Shown: piece after piece, positions 20,923 to 31,792 of the stretch | Layout of the letters: every line of letters starts with the position of its first letter | How positions within the stretch are numbered: the first letter of the stretch is position 1 | Source: Bacteroidales bacterium | GTDB lineage: Bacteria > Bacteroidota > Bacteroidia > Bacteroidales > VadinHA17 | Assembly: GCA_033791445.1 (NCBI GenBank) | Contig: JASJGS010000028.1 | Coordinates: 8,636 to 72,635 of the forward strand | Length of the DNA: 64,000 bases | Direction of reading: 5' to 3' | Notes under the pieces: generated by a model | What the model saw: only the letters and a program-made list of their open reading frames with translations | The model's database searches: none | Told to the model about the DNA's origin: nothing | Program-made: the position numbers and the translations under genes

Positions 20923-21882
20923 ATGAAAAATTTAAAATATATAATTCTAATAGTTGGCGTATTAATTACCATCCAATCATGTGAGGACACGGAGAAAATC
21001 AGATTTCCCGAGTTTACTGATGCCGCGGTAATGCGTATACAGGTAGATCCGGATTATGGCTCCCTGGATGCCTCAGATATTGAAAATGCCAAAATTGTTT
21101 ATGGCATCTTCACTGAGAACGATAATATTGAATCGGTAATAATTAGTGCGTCTTATTACAACTTTCAAAATGACACTACTTATGAACGCAGGGAAATAAG
21201 AAGGTATACTCAACCAGATTTCGATGCGAATAACTATTCTATTTATGATGAGGAACTTACTTCCCAATTTCTTGCCCAGGCTTTTGGATTGCCAAATGGT
21301 ATAGACGACATGGGAGGAGGAGATCGTTTTGACTTCTTTAATGTAACTTCTCTTACGAATGGCGCAGTTTATCCTGATACTATTCTTGCGGGGACTGAAT
21401 ATGAAAACTTGAATGTTACACCAAATATTATTAACAGTTCAGCCAGTTCAAGTTTTAGTGTTGGTTTTACCGCCTATGTTGCATGTCCAATAGAAGATGG
21501 CTTTGCCACAGGTGATTATTACATGGAACAGATTAGCGGACCAGGTGATCCATGGGAAGGTACTCCTTACCGCTGGGAACCAGGAGTAGTAACTCTTACA
21601 CAGGAAAGTCCTATTGAACGCAAATTTGTAGGCTTTACCTACTTTGGGTTTGATGGGAGAGAATTTAACTTTCTCTTAGTTTGTGGCAATGTTCTTGTCG
21701 GAGTTGTTGATTCTCACCTGGCATGCTCTGCCGGATTCTTCTGGGGCTTAGACTCACCTCCTGGATACTATGATGAATCAGATGATAGTGAAATCTACAT
21801 CCATATTCTCGAAAATATTTTGGGGGATTGTGGTCTGCCAGCCAGTGAACCTGCTGTCATAAAGTTAACCAAGATAGATTAG
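20923..21882 (+). CDS. Acidic surface lipoprotein (SusCD-associated)
   Basis: Lipobox IQSC followed by acidic residues; in operon with susD. Confidence 0.85.
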   Translation: MKNLKYIILIVGVLITIQSCEDTEKIRFPEFTDAAVMRIQVDPDYGSLDASDIENAKIVYGIFTENDNIESVIISASYYNFQNDTTYERREIRRYTQPDFDANNYSIYDEELTSQFLAQAFGLPNGIDDMGGGDRFDFFNVTSLTNGAVYPDTILAGTEYENLNVTPNIINSSASSSFSVGFTAYVACPIEDGFATGDYYMEQISGPGDPWEGTPYRWEPGVVTLTQESPIERKFVGFTYFGFDGREFNFLLVCGNVLVGVVDSHLACSAGFFWGLDSPPGYYDESDDSEIYIHILENILGDCGLPASEPAVIKLTKID

Positions 21883-21919
21883 GAATGTTGCTATATGAAA
21901 ACAAATTAAAAAATGTAAT

Positions 21920-22762
21920 ATGAAGAAAGCTAGATACATATTAATAGTTGCAATTGTAATGTCTTTTATGCCCTCTTGCGTGGACGATTATCAAGATGCT
22001 AATCCGCCCAGGCCTTTAGACGGACCGTATTTTACTCTAAGCGCTGCAGGTGATGTGGTCGTTACTCCCATTGATGGAAACTTCATTGGTGCAGCTCAGA
22101 CAATTGATTTCACCCTGCATGTAATTGATTGCCCGGGTGGAATTGACTCAGTAGGTGTTACTGTTGATGAAGATGGTACGGGAACTGGCGCAGTTGATCA
22201 GGCCTCGTTAAGCGCTGTTATGGGAGAATCACAAGGGCAGGTTCTGGTACACTTTACTACAACTGATGTTGTTACGGAGGAAATTGATTTGGTTATATCC
22301 ATCACCTTATATGATGGGCAACAACCAATTGATTGGCATGGCAGTACAGTTGACTACAGGAAATCATCGGCTGTACCCTATGATGTAACATTGATCTCAT
22401 GCTCTTCCACAGGTTTGGCAGGAACATATAGTTCACTTGCCAATGGGTTTTTTGGAGATGGGGCTGGAGGGCCGGATGCACCTTATAATGATCTTCAGGC
22501 TAACATTAGCATCTCTGAAGTCAGACCTGGATTGTATGAAATTGATGACATGTCATTTGGGCTTTACCCACTCCTATATGGAGATGACCCGGTACCAGGT
22601 CAGGTAGACCTGTGTGGAACTGATATTACTGACAGAGGAGATACTGACCATTACGGTGACCCGTTTACCATTGCTGGTACACTAAATGGGGACGGAACAG
22701 TAAATCTGAGTTGGAGCAATACTTATGGAGACAGTGGGACAGTTGTCCTGACATCTTTATAA
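21920..22762 (+). CDS. Acidic surface lipoprotein (SusCD-associated)
   Basis: Lipobox MPSC-VDD; last gene before the terminator. Confidence 0.85.
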   Translation: MKKARYILIVAIVMSFMPSCVDDYQDANPPRPLDGPYFTLSAAGDVVVTPIDGNFIGAAQTIDFTLHVIDCPGGIDSVGVTVDEDGTGTGAVDQASLSAVMGESQGQVLVHFTTTDVVTEEIDLVISITLYDGQQPIDWHGSTVDYRKSSAVPYDVTLISCSSTGLAGTYSSLANGFFGDGAGGPDAPYNDLQANISISEVRPGLYEIDDMSFGLYPLLYGDDPVPGQVDLCGTDITDRGDTDHYGDPFTIAGTLNGDGTVNLSWSNTYGDSGTVVLTSL

Positions 22763-22781
22763 GAATTACTAGGTTTGATAG

Positions 22782-22817
22782 ATTGGGGCTTCTTTATCTT
22801 TAAGGAGCCCCAATTTC
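22782..22817. terminator. Terminator hairpin between the sus operon and pyrF
   Basis: attggggcttctt...aaggagccccaat stem. Confidence 0.75.
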
Positions 22818-22819
22818 AT

Positions 22820-23653
22820 TTAGATTAAACCGCTTTTTTCAAGAATCTCTGCCATCTCAATTTGTATCTCCCGGGCTTTTCCTCCGGCTACGTCGGCAAA
22901 GCTATTTCCACTATCTGCAAAGATGATTCCTCGTGAAGAATTAACAAGCAGGCCACACTGTTTATTCATTCCATACTTAGATACTTCCTGTAAGCTACCT
23001 CCCTGGGCACCTACACCAGGAACCAACAAAAAATGATCTGGTACTATTTTCCTTAAATCAGTAAGCATTTCAGCCCTGGTTGCTCCGGCCACAAACATCA
23101 TTTTATCCACACTGCCCCACTCCGTACCCTTTTTAAGGACCTTTTCAAATAAGCGTTCTTTTGATTCCTTGTCTTCCATGAATTGAAAATCATCAGCACC
23201 TGCATTTGAAGTAAGAGCCAACATTATCACCCATTTGCCATCATATCCAAGGAAAGGCTCTACAGAATCTTTTCCCATATATGGGGCCACGGTTACAGCG
23301 TCAAAATCCATTGATTCAAAGAAAGTTCTTGCATACATTCTGGATGTATTCCCAATATCACCACGCTTCGCATCTGCAATAACGAACAAGCCAGCATCAA
23401 TTTCACGTAAGTAGTCCAAAGTCTTTTGCAATGACACCCAGCCTTCCACCCCCTGACTTTCATAAAAGGCAATATTAGGCTTATAGGCTACTGTATACGA
23501 ATGTGTTGCATCAATAATTTGCTTATTGAATTCAAAAACAGGATCCTCAGTAGAATGGAGATGTGAGGGTATTTTCTTTGGGTCAGAATCCAATCCAATA
23601 CAAAGGAAACTCTGTTTTTGCTTTATTTTTTGAAATAACTCGAAGGATGTCAT
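22820..23653 (-). CDS. pyrF: Orotidine-5'-phosphate decarboxylase
   Basis: [32 protein letters not shown]. Confidence 0.97.
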   Translation of the reverse strand: MTSFELFQKIKQKQSFLCIGLDSDPKKIPSHLHSTEDPVFEFNKQIIDATHSYTVAYKPNIAFYESQGVEGWVSLQKTLDYLREIDAGLFVIADAKRGDIGNTSRMYARTFFESMDFDAVTVAPYMGKDSVEPFLGYDGKWVIMLALTSNAGADDFQFMEDKESKERLFEKVLKKGTEWGSVDKMMFVAGATRAEMLTDLRKIVPDHFLLVPGVGAQGGSLQEVSKYGMNKQCGLLVNSSRGIIFADSGNSFADVAGGKAREIQIEMAEILEKSGLI

Positions 23654-23681
23654 TGAAATAATCCTTTAGATTATAAAAAAA

Positions 23682-24059
23682 CTATTTCTTTTTCTTCTTA
23701 GCAGAGAAATCTAAGGTTCCTTCAGAATAGGAAACCTTGCCTTTCATTTCGTCTTTTGTAATTGTATTCTTCACATAAATCACATCTCCTTCAATGTAGG
23801 CTTTAAAAGAAAGAACTTCATCTTCCAATTTCAAATCATGAAGTTTCAATTTATAATACTCACTAAAAACCAATTCACCCTGCAATTCTTCCTCCTCAAT
23901 GGTAATAACAAGATCTCCTGTGCTATATTCATAGGGTGCATCTGGAGCTGAAAATATCCATGTACCTACAAGTTTGTCATTAGATTTTTTTTGTGCAAAT
24001 AGAATTCCGGTTGATAATACCATCAACCCAATTAATGATAATACTTTAAACTTATTCAT
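23682..24059 (-). CDS. Small secreted beta-rich protein
   Basis: Signal peptide ending A-Q; LVGTW..APDAPY motif. Confidence 0.75.
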   Translation of the reverse strand: MNKFKVLSLIGLMVLSTGILFAQKKSNDKLVGTWIFSAPDAPYEYSTGDLVITIEEEELQGELVFSEYYKLKLHDLKLEDEVLSFKAYIEGDVIYVKNTITKDEMKGKVSYSEGTLDFSAKKKKK

Positions 24060-24337
24060 TCCCTTTAAATTTGTTTGGTTAATATATATATAGAATTATA
24101 ATCCTCTTTTTAAAAATATCAGATCATTTATATGAGTCGCGATTATTGTTCAGCAAATTTAAGCTAATTTCCTTTATTGGTAGCATTTTGTATACCTTAT
24201 TTCAAAATATAAATAATTAAAAAAAAATCAATTTAGGTAGGAATCTACTCAAATTCTATACTTTTATGTATGCTATTGAACATTTCTTTTTATCTTCATT
24301 TCCGAAATTCAACAACAACTTAAACGAAAATAGGCTT

Positions 24338-25591
24338 ATGAAATTAAAATTACGTATAGTGCTCATTTTCTTTGCCTTCCAAGCCACCCTCTTAAATGGG
24401 CAGACTGTAAAGATTGACTGGCCAGAGATAAAGGATTCATCAAACCTGGTTGATACCCATTCTAAATCTATAAAGTATCAGGAGAAGAAGATTTATGATT
24501 TCCCTTCAGTTGGAGTAAAGATTAGTAACAAGTTTGCTGGTGCAAGATTGAATGCAGTACAACTTGAAAATGACAGTACCTTCAACTGTTTAATCCTTCC
24601 AGAAAATTTTCCTATCAATATGAGTCCCTGGTATTCATTCAAAGTCTGGGCGGAAGACTCAAGAACTATATACTTTGACCTTCACTATAAACATGGACAA
24701 CACAGGTATTTTCCAAAATTAAGCAAAGATGGGATCCTTTGGACCCAAATTGAGTCTTCAGACTTATTTACAAAGCCCAGGGATTCGACAGCATTGTTCA
24801 GAGTACAAATTGGCCCTGATACTACCTGGATTTCTGGTCAGGAGCTTATGACAACTCAAACAGTTTCCCAATGGACGAATAAGTTGGCAGAAAAACATTT
24901 TGTGAACAAGCATACCATTGGATACAGCACATTGAAAAAGCCCATTACTGCTTTAACTGTCTCCGAATCAAAAGACAAGAACATGCTTATTATTTTATCA
25001 CGGCAACATCCTCCCGAGTTAACAGGGTTTAAAGAAATGATGGCTTTTGTTGAAACTCTCTGCGGCAGTTCAGGCAAAGCAAAAAAATTCAGAAAAAAGT
25101 TTGAAATAATTATTGTTCCTGTGATGAATCCTGATGGGGTGGATAATGGTCATTGGAGGCATAATGCCGGCGGCATAGACATGAACCGTGACTGGCGTCA
25201 TTTTAACCAGCCTGAAACAGCTTCGTTTAGAAAATTTGTACTTAAAGAAATTGAAAAGCAAAATGCCATTCCACGATATGGTATAGATTTTCACTCAACG
25301 CAAACAGATATTTTTTATTTGCCCTCAGAAGAAACTTTACCAAGCGGGAAAGGGATCTCCATGACATGGCTCAATAACATCAATGCGAAATTTCCTCAGA
25401 ACCCATTTAATCCCGAGCCTTCTGATGTGGAAGGACAAGTTTCGAAGAACTGGTTTCTTCATGAACTGAAAATTGAAGCTATAACGTATGAAGTAGGCGA
25501 TACAACCGACAGAGAAGTCATTAAGAAAAGAGGAAAAGAATCAGCCTTACAACTCATAAAAATCCTTTTGAAAGAGTACAAAAACAAATAG
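24338..25591 (+). CDS. Secreted M14 zinc carboxypeptidase
   Basis: RQHPPE (HxxE), MNPDG, RHNAGGIDMNRDW, IDFHS; signal peptide from the ATG at 24338. Confidence 0.9.
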   Translation: MKLKLRIVLIFFAFQATLLNGQTVKIDWPEIKDSSNLVDTHSKSIKYQEKKIYDFPSVGVKISNKFAGARLNAVQLENDSTFNCLILPENFPINMSPWYSFKVWAEDSRTIYFDLHYKHGQHRYFPKLSKDGILWTQIESSDLFTKPRDSTALFRVQIGPDTTWISGQELMTTQTVSQWTNKLAEKHFVNKHTIGYSTLKKPITALTVSESKDKNMLIILSRQHPPELTGFKEMMAFVETLCGSSGKAKKFRKKFEIIIVPVMNPDGVDNGHWRHNAGGIDMNRDWRHFNQPETASFRKFVLKEIEKQNAIPRYGIDFHSTQTDIFYLPSEETLPSGKGISMTWLNNINAKFPQNPFNPEPSDVEGQVSKNWFLHELKIEAITYEVGDTTDREVIKKRGKESALQLIKILLKEYKNK

Positions 25592-25639
25592 GTGTTTTTA
25601 AAGAGTATATCTTCAACCTACCAATCTCATAATCATTAA

Positions 25640-28012
25640 ATGTTCAAAGAATACCTCAAAATATTCTTCAGACAATTTTCCAGGAGTCCACTTAGCAGTA
25701 CAATCAGCGTAATTAGCCTGGCATTTGGAATAAGTTGTACAGTGATAATGCTCTTATTCATAAACTATGAGCTCAGCTTCGACAAATTTCATACCTACAA
25801 AGATGATATTTACCGTGTATCTATGCGGTCAATAATGAAAGACCAGGAAAATATTGTTGCTGGAATTACAGCTGCAGTTGGTCCATCTCTTGAATCTACT
25901 TTTCCTGAGGTAGTTCGTTTTGTGAGAATTCGAAATCCACAGGACGGATACCTCATCTTTAAAGATAAAAGCGTATACGATAATAGTATTAGGTATGTTG
26001 ATTCATCATTCTTCCAGGTTTTTTCATTCCGCATGTTAAAGGGAAATCCCAACAATGCACTGGCAACACCAAATTCTATTGTTCTAACAGAAACCATGGC
26101 TGTTAAGCTCTTTGGGGAGGAGAACCCTATGAACCAGATGGTCAGCTTAAATAACCAGGATACTTATCTGGTGACAGGGATTTGCGAATCACCCCCTTCA
26201 AATTCACACATCCAATTTAACAGCCTTATCTCATTTATTTCCCTATACGAAGATTCAAGGCTATACCTCGGATGGAACGGCGGGTGGCAATATCCAACCT
26301 ATATTCAATTAAATCAGGAAAGTATAATTTCCGGGCTGGACGAAAAGATGCCTGATTTCATGTGGGAAAATATCAACAAAGAATATGAAGAGGTAGGAAT
26401 CCGAATAGAACCCGTTTTTGAACCCCTGCCCAATATTTATCTAAACTCCCAGGCGGTAGATGGAAATGATAAAAAAGGTTCCGTTTCGAATATTCTTATA
26501 TTTTCATTTATTTCATTGTTTATTTTATTGCTTGCCTGCATAAACTTTATCAATCTCACTACTGCCCATGGAATTATACGAGCACAAGAGATAGGAATAA
26601 GAAAAACATTTGGGGCAAAACGTGGAAATCTCATCAAGCAGTTTTTAAATGAATCTGTGATTATGAGCCTGGCTGCTTTTATTCTTGCTTTACTTCTCAT
26701 CGAGTTCCTCCTTCCTCATTTAAATTCATTGCTGGAAAAAAACCTGGTTTTATTTCATACTTCCAATCTTGTAATTATAATCAGCTTTCCATTAATAATT
26801 GTATTTGTTGGACTTTTAGCTGGTGCTTATCCTGCTTTTTATCTATCCGCTTTCAGACCACTGACTGTAATTCAAGGTAAATTAAATAGCGGAACGGGAA
26901 AACAGCGTTTAAGAAATATACTGGTAGTATTCCAGTTTTGTATCTCTGCAGTACTAATCATTGTCACAATTACATTAAACAAGCAACTAAAATTCATTAC
27001 AAATAAAGATGTCGGTTTCCCAAAGGATGAGATTATAATTCTACCCCTTATCAGTGAAAATGCCAGGAGTAATTTCGAACTGGTGAAACAAGAATTATTG
27101 TCCATTCCCGATATTCTGTCAGTGGGTGCTTCTTCCGATTACCCAGGAAGAGGTCTTACCCGTAATGGCTATGTTCCTGAAGGCCAAGAAAACCCGGTAA
27201 TGATCAATGTTTTGGATATAGATTATGATTTTGTACAAACCTATGACTTGAAAGTAAATTCAGGTCGGGTATTCAATCCGGAATTTGGAAGCGACCAGAA
27301 TGCATACCTCATCAATCAGTCTTTTACAAAAGAGATGGGCTGGGATAATGCAATTGGTAAAAACATTTCTAGAAGCGGGGAACATGAAGTGATAGGTGAG
27401 CTGGCTAATTTTAATTTTGCTCCCATGCAAGAATCTGTCCGTCCACTAATTTTTACTATGGAACCATATATGGGTTACAGCTTTTTAAGCGTCCGCTATA
27501 ACAAAGAGAATGGGAAAGAGTTACTCACGATGATGGAAAGTAGTTGGAAAAAGATTCTCCCTGAGGAGGCTTTCAGATACAGCTTTTTAGCAGATGAACT
27601 ATCTGATCTTTACAACAGTGAAAGGGAAACTGGCCGCTTACTACAATTTCTCACTTTAACTGCAATTCTGATAGCATGTATGGGCTTATTTGGATTGGCC
27701 TCATTTATTACACGGCTGAGAACAAAAGAGATTGGGATTCGAAAGGTCATGGGAGCCAGCTCCAGCTCAATTCTTTTAAAACTTTCTCTTAACTTCACTT
27801 TCTGGGTGCTCATTGCTAATATTCTGGCAGTGCCAATTGCGTTTTACATAATATCAAGTTTCCTGGAAAACTATGCATATTCGATCTCTATGCCTTATTC
27901 AATATTTATCCTCACCACTATGGCTAGTTTTATCCTAACCTGGATAACAGTTGGATATCAAAGCTACAAGGCATCAATAACAAATCCGGCAGATACCTTA
28001 AGACACGAATAA
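25640..28012 (+). CDS. ABC transporter permease (duplicated MacB_PCD/FtsX)
   Basis: LLLACINFINL..EIGIRK, second ACMGLFGL..RTKEIGIRK, NPADTLRHE. Confidence 0.93.
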   Translation: MFKEYLKIFFRQFSRSPLSSTISVISLAFGISCTVIMLLFINYELSFDKFHTYKDDIYRVSMRSIMKDQENIVAGITAAVGPSLESTFPEVVRFVRIRNPQDGYLIFKDKSVYDNSIRYVDSSFFQVFSFRMLKGNPNNALATPNSIVLTETMAVKLFGEENPMNQMVSLNNQDTYLVTGICESPPSNSHIQFNSLISFISLYEDSRLYLGWNGGWQYPTYIQLNQESIISGLDEKMPDFMWENINKEYEEVGIRIEPVFEPLPNIYLNSQAVDGNDKKGSVSNILIFSFISLFILLLACINFINLTTAHGIIRAQEIGIRKTFGAKRGNLIKQFLNESVIMSLAAFILALLLIEFLLPHLNSLLEKNLVLFHTSNLVIIISFPLIIVFVGLLAGAYPAFYLSAFRPLTVIQGKLNSGTGKQRLRNILVVFQFCISAVLIIVTITLNKQLKFITNKDVGFPKDEIIILPLISENARSNFELVKQELLSIPDILSVGASSDYPGRGLTRNGYVPEGQENPVMINVLDIDYDFVQTYDLKVNSGRVFNPEFGSDQNAYLINQSFTKEMGWDNAIGKNISRSGEHEVIGELANFNFAPMQESVRPLIFTMEPYMGYSFLSVRYNKENGKELLTMMESSWKKILPEEAFRYSFLADELSDLYNSERETGRLLQFLTLTAILIACMGLFGLASFITRLRTKEIGIRKVMGASSSSILLKLSLNFTFWVLIANILAVPIAFYIISSFLENYAYSISMPYSIFILTTMASFILTWITVGYQSYKASITNPADTLRHE

Positions 28013-28060
28013 TTTAAAGACCAGGCTTATTTTTTACTAGAACAAATCAGGAAAGAACAA

Positions 28061-29512
28061 TTAATTTAATCCATTGGTAGGTTTATTTGGAATCATAATT
28101 GAAAAAGTTGATCCTTTGTTAGGCTGGCTTTTAACAACAATTTTACCTCCACATTTGCTGATCATTTCTTTGCATAAAATCAATCCAAATCCACTTCCTG
28201 ACTCCCCATTTGTTCCTTTTGTCGATTCCACTCCCCCAATCTCAAATAAACTTTCAAGTCTTTCTAATGGAATTCCAATTCCTGAGTCACTAATTTTTAC
28301 CATGGTAGAGTTTTGTCCAGAAATCCCATCGATATCGATATGACCACCTTGTGATGTAAATTTTATGGCATTGCTTAAGATATTACCTAAGATGCTATTT
28401 ATCATCCTTCTATCGGCATAAGCCTTCAGGTCATTCCCAGTACTTATTTTTAATTCCAGCTTTTTCTTCAAAAGCATATCGGAATATTTATTTTTCTGCT
28501 TTGCAATAATTTCGGACAAACTCAACATTTCTTTGTTAACAGGTAATTCCTCATTCTGAGACCTTGCCCAGTGGAGAAGATTTTCAAATAGTTGATAATT
28601 GTTTTTTGAATGCCTGGAAAGAATTTGCATAGCGGCTTGAATATCTTCAGACTCAAGTTTCTCATAATCATCAGAAAAAGTTTCAATAATCGAGGTCATT
28701 GTTGAGAAGGAATTTCTCAAATCATGACTAATAAAACTCAACAATTTATCTTTTGTCTGACCCAGCTCATTTAATTGTTTATTCTGGTCTTTAATCTTCT
28801 GATTTCGTAATTTTAACTCAAGGTTCAATTCGTTTAACTCTCCGAGATTTCCTTTCAATATTTCTTTTTCTTTTTTTTCTATTGCAAGACTTAATTCAGA
28901 TTCATTCTTTTTAAGTAAGATCTTCCTTTGGCTACCAATATATCTAGAAACCATATCAGGAACCTGCAAAAAGAAAATCCCCAGGATTAAAAAATATGCC
29001 GACTTATAGGTATGCCCCATAGGATCAGACGAAATTACCTGGGCTATGAGATTGGGGTCAATTGAAGCCAGCCTTAGATAGTAGTTTAGATTGAAAACCA
29101 ATATACTCAGGAAGGTAGCATAAAGAATAAGCTTTTTATCATACCGTAATACAGATAAAAACATAAGTACGGGATATATAAAAATTGAAGCAGTGGTAGA
29201 TACCGCGATATCAGAAAAGTATACTGAGTTAATGTAAATATGAACCGATAAGATGACAATATCGATGGTTACCGAAAAATACCTGAGGAAATAAACATTT
29301 TTACCTTTCTTAATCAGGTAACCCAAATACAGATTGTAAATTAAAAAAAATGATGCCGGGATTAGAGAAAGGAAGGCTTCTTTATATAAACCTTTCAAAA
29401 ATGTAACTACTATAAAGGCCAATACAACAATAATTAGTATCCACCTGAATTTCAGCGCAGTCTTCTCTCCTTTTAGGGCTTCTTCTTTAAATAAAAACCG
29501 ATCAATATCCAT
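28061..29512 (-). CDS. Membrane-bound sensor histidine kinase (orphan)
   Basis: Multiple TM helices; H-box ISHDLRN; NILSNAIKF, DSGIGI, GSGFGL. Confidence 0.93.
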   Translation of the reverse strand: MDIDRFLFKEEALKGEKTALKFRWILIIVVLAFIVVTFLKGLYKEAFLSLIPASFFLIYNLYLGYLIKKGKNVYFLRYFSVTIDIVILSVHIYINSVYFSDIAVSTTASIFIYPVLMFLSVLRYDKKLILYATFLSILVFNLNYYLRLASIDPNLIAQVISSDPMGHTYKSAYFLILGIFFLQVPDMVSRYIGSQRKILLKKNESELSLAIEKKEKEILKGNLGELNELNLELKLRNQKIKDQNKQLNELGQTKDKLLSFISHDLRNSFSTMTSIIETFSDDYEKLESEDIQAAMQILSRHSKNNYQLFENLLHWARSQNEELPVNKEMLSLSEIIAKQKNKYSDMLLKKKLELKISTGNDLKAYADRRMINSILGNILSNAIKFTSQGGHIDIDGISGQNSTMVKISDSGIGIPLERLESLFEIGGVESTKGTNGESGSGFGLILCKEMISKCGGKIVVKSQPNKGSTFSIMIPNKPTNGLN

Positions 29513-29692
29513 TGCAGAAAATTAGGGTGTAATATTCCTACACCTAAGAAACGACCAAACGTTCTGGTTAGCACTCTAAAAATGGTAAATAATAAAACCT
29601 GATTGGATTAATTCAGGTGTTCTGGGGTGGGCTATACAAATATAGAAATTAATATGATACAGACAGGTATAAGTTTGTTAAAAATGTTTAAA

Positions 29693-30778
29693 TCAAGATT
29701 CGTTCTCCTTGAGTCTTTCAGCATTTTCAGCCATATTAAGCTTATCTATTAACTCCTGAATTTCACCATTAAGTACAGCCTGTAGGTTATACATAGTAAG
29801 GTTTATACGATGATCTGTTACTCTTCCCTGTGGGTAATTATAGGTCCTAATCTTTGCGGAACGGTCTCCAGTGGATACCATTGTTTTTCTTTTCGATGAA
29901 ATTTCGTTAAGATACTTTTGATACTCCAGGTCATACAACCTGGTACGAAGCTCTGCCATGGCCTTATCCAGATTCTTTAATTGAGACTTTTGGTCCTGAC
30001 ATGTCACAACAATTCCTGATGGGATATGAGTTAAACGGATTGCAGAATATGTTGTATTTACAGATTGCCCGCCCGGTCCGGAGGCACAGTAGGTATCTTT
30101 TCGAATATCATCTGTTTTAATTTCAATATCAAATTCTTCAGCCTCCGGAAGCACAGCAATAGAGGCAGCAGATGTATGTACCCTACCCTGTGTTTCAGTC
30201 TGCGGTACGCGTTGAACCCTGTGAACTCCAGATTCATACTTTAAGACACCGTACACTCCATCTCCACTTATTTTCAGGATAACTTCCTTATAACCTCCAA
30301 CAGTACCTTCTGTAAAATCACTTACTTCAACTTTCCATCCTCTGTATTCGCTATATTTAGTATACAACCTCATTAAGTCACCAGCAAATATACTAGCCTC
30401 ATCACCGCCAGCACCTGCACGTATTTCCATCAAAGCATTCTTAGAGTCTTCAGGATCTTCCGGTATAAGGAGGAACTGAATTTTCTCTTCCATGGGAGTC
30501 ACCTTCTCATAGAGTTCATCCAACTCTTCCTTGGCCATTTCTCTTAACTCAGGATCCTTTTCTTCACCCAGGATATCTTTTGCAGACTGGATATTACTAA
30601 TTACATTTTTATAATCAGTATAGGCCTCAATTATAGGTTCAAGGCTCTTATATTCCTTATTCAATCTCACATAACGTTTCATGTCAGAGATGATTTCCGG
30701 TTCATTAATCAACCTGGAAACCTCCTGAAAACGGTTATATACTCCCTCAAGTTTCTCAAGGATCAAATTCTTGCTCAT
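29693..30778 (-). CDS. prfA: Peptide chain release factor 1
   Basis: GGQ, PQT anticodon mimic (RVPQTE), RTYNYPQGR. Confidence 0.98.
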   Translation of the reverse strand: MSKNLILEKLEGVYNRFQEVSRLINEPEIISDMKRYVRLNKEYKSLEPIIEAYTDYKNVISNIQSAKDILGEEKDPELREMAKEELDELYEKVTPMEEKIQFLLIPEDPEDSKNALMEIRAGAGGDEASIFAGDLMRLYTKYSEYRGWKVEVSDFTEGTVGGYKEVILKISGDGVYGVLKYESGVHRVQRVPQTETQGRVHTSAASIAVLPEAEEFDIEIKTDDIRKDTYCASGPGGQSVNTTYSAIRLTHIPSGIVVTCQDQKSQLKNLDKAMAELRTRLYDLEYQKYLNEISSKRKTMVSTGDRSAKIRTYNYPQGRVTDHRINLTMYNLQAVLNGEIQELIDKLNMAENAERLKENES

Positions 30779-30785
30779 TTCAACG

Positions 30786-30811
30786 CCTCCTTTTATCAGG
30801 CTGCAAAGGTA
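30786..30811 (-). promoter_or_regulatory. prfA promoter -7 element and Shine-Dalgarno
   Basis: TACCTTTG at 30811-30804; AAAGGAGG 7 nt before the ATG. Confidence 0.7.
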
Positions 30812-30953
30812 ATAATATCTATTGAAAGTGATTTTAATCGTAAAAACAGAGAATAGATTTCACCTGCCTTTTGACAATATGGGTAATAATAAAATAGGAC
30901 GGATGATTCACTGGAAAGATATATTTAGCACATTCCATTCCTACAGCGGACAG

Positions 30954-31739
30954 CTATTTCGGTTCCTGATATGCTACCAGGTCACTTTTCAGTGAACCCA
31001 ATATCATATTTAGCTGGATTCGAACCGGTATATGATCTGCATCATCAGTAAACCATACAATCATATCATCTTCATTTTTAAAGAAATTCCCGGCTACAGT
31101 TGAGGGATTGTACTTTAAACACTCAATCTTTCCATATTTTGTTTTAATCGTTTCCTTTCCAACATATTTTATCTTAAGATCCCACAATATGTCAGCTATA
31201 AAGATTTTAATTACAATATCCTGACCGGTATTGACACTTTCTGAGATATGGTTTTCTCGAAAACAATAATAGGCTGTAAGAAGGTCGTGAATATTCTTTG
31301 GTACAACGTGCATACCAGATATCTCACTGTGGACTATAGAGGAGTCCTGCCTGGAATCCTGATCAAAAACAAGCTCGTTCTGCACCTTGCACCGTTTATC
31401 TATCAAGCTCATGCTTGAGTAATTTGGAAGCCCGGTAACCGTATCCATACATGACTCAAAACAATAGTTAACACTTTTAAAGAACCGGGCAATACCTGTA
31501 CTTCTGGCTTCAGCTTTAATATAGCTCCCACAGCTAGTTGAATCACTGCCAAATGAAATTATTGCTTCCCCAACATTTATTATACCATATCGAATAGTAT
31601 ATTGCATTATTTCACCGTCATAATCAGGTACCTTCTCGCTTCCACCTGGGGAAATGCCAGAAAGCAAGATCATTGATAGAAAAATCATGGATGCTTTAAG
31701 ATTCATCCTGTTTTTATATTTAAAGAACCTGTTAACCAT
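30954..31739 (-). CDS. DUF3108 domain protein
   Basis: Y.IRYG.INVGEA; ETIKTKYGKIEC; WFTDD..IPVRI; start may be the downstream Met (MNLKAS). Confidence 0.8.
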   Translation of the reverse strand: MVNRFFKYKNRMNLKASMIFLSMILLSGISPGGSEKVPDYDGEIMQYTIRYGIINVGEAIISFGSDSTSCGSYIKAEARSTGIARFFKSVNYCFESCMDTVTGLPNYSSMSLIDKRCKVQNELVFDQDSRQDSSIVHSEISGMHVVPKNIHDLLTAYYCFRENHISESVNTGQDIVIKIFIADILWDLKIKYVGKETIKTKYGKIECLKYNPSTVAGNFFKNEDDMIVWFTDDADHIPVRIQLNMILGSLKSDLVAYQEPK

Positions 31740-31792
31740 CTCAAATATACGGAAATCATTATAACTATTATTTTGGAAAAAAGGTTTTTATT

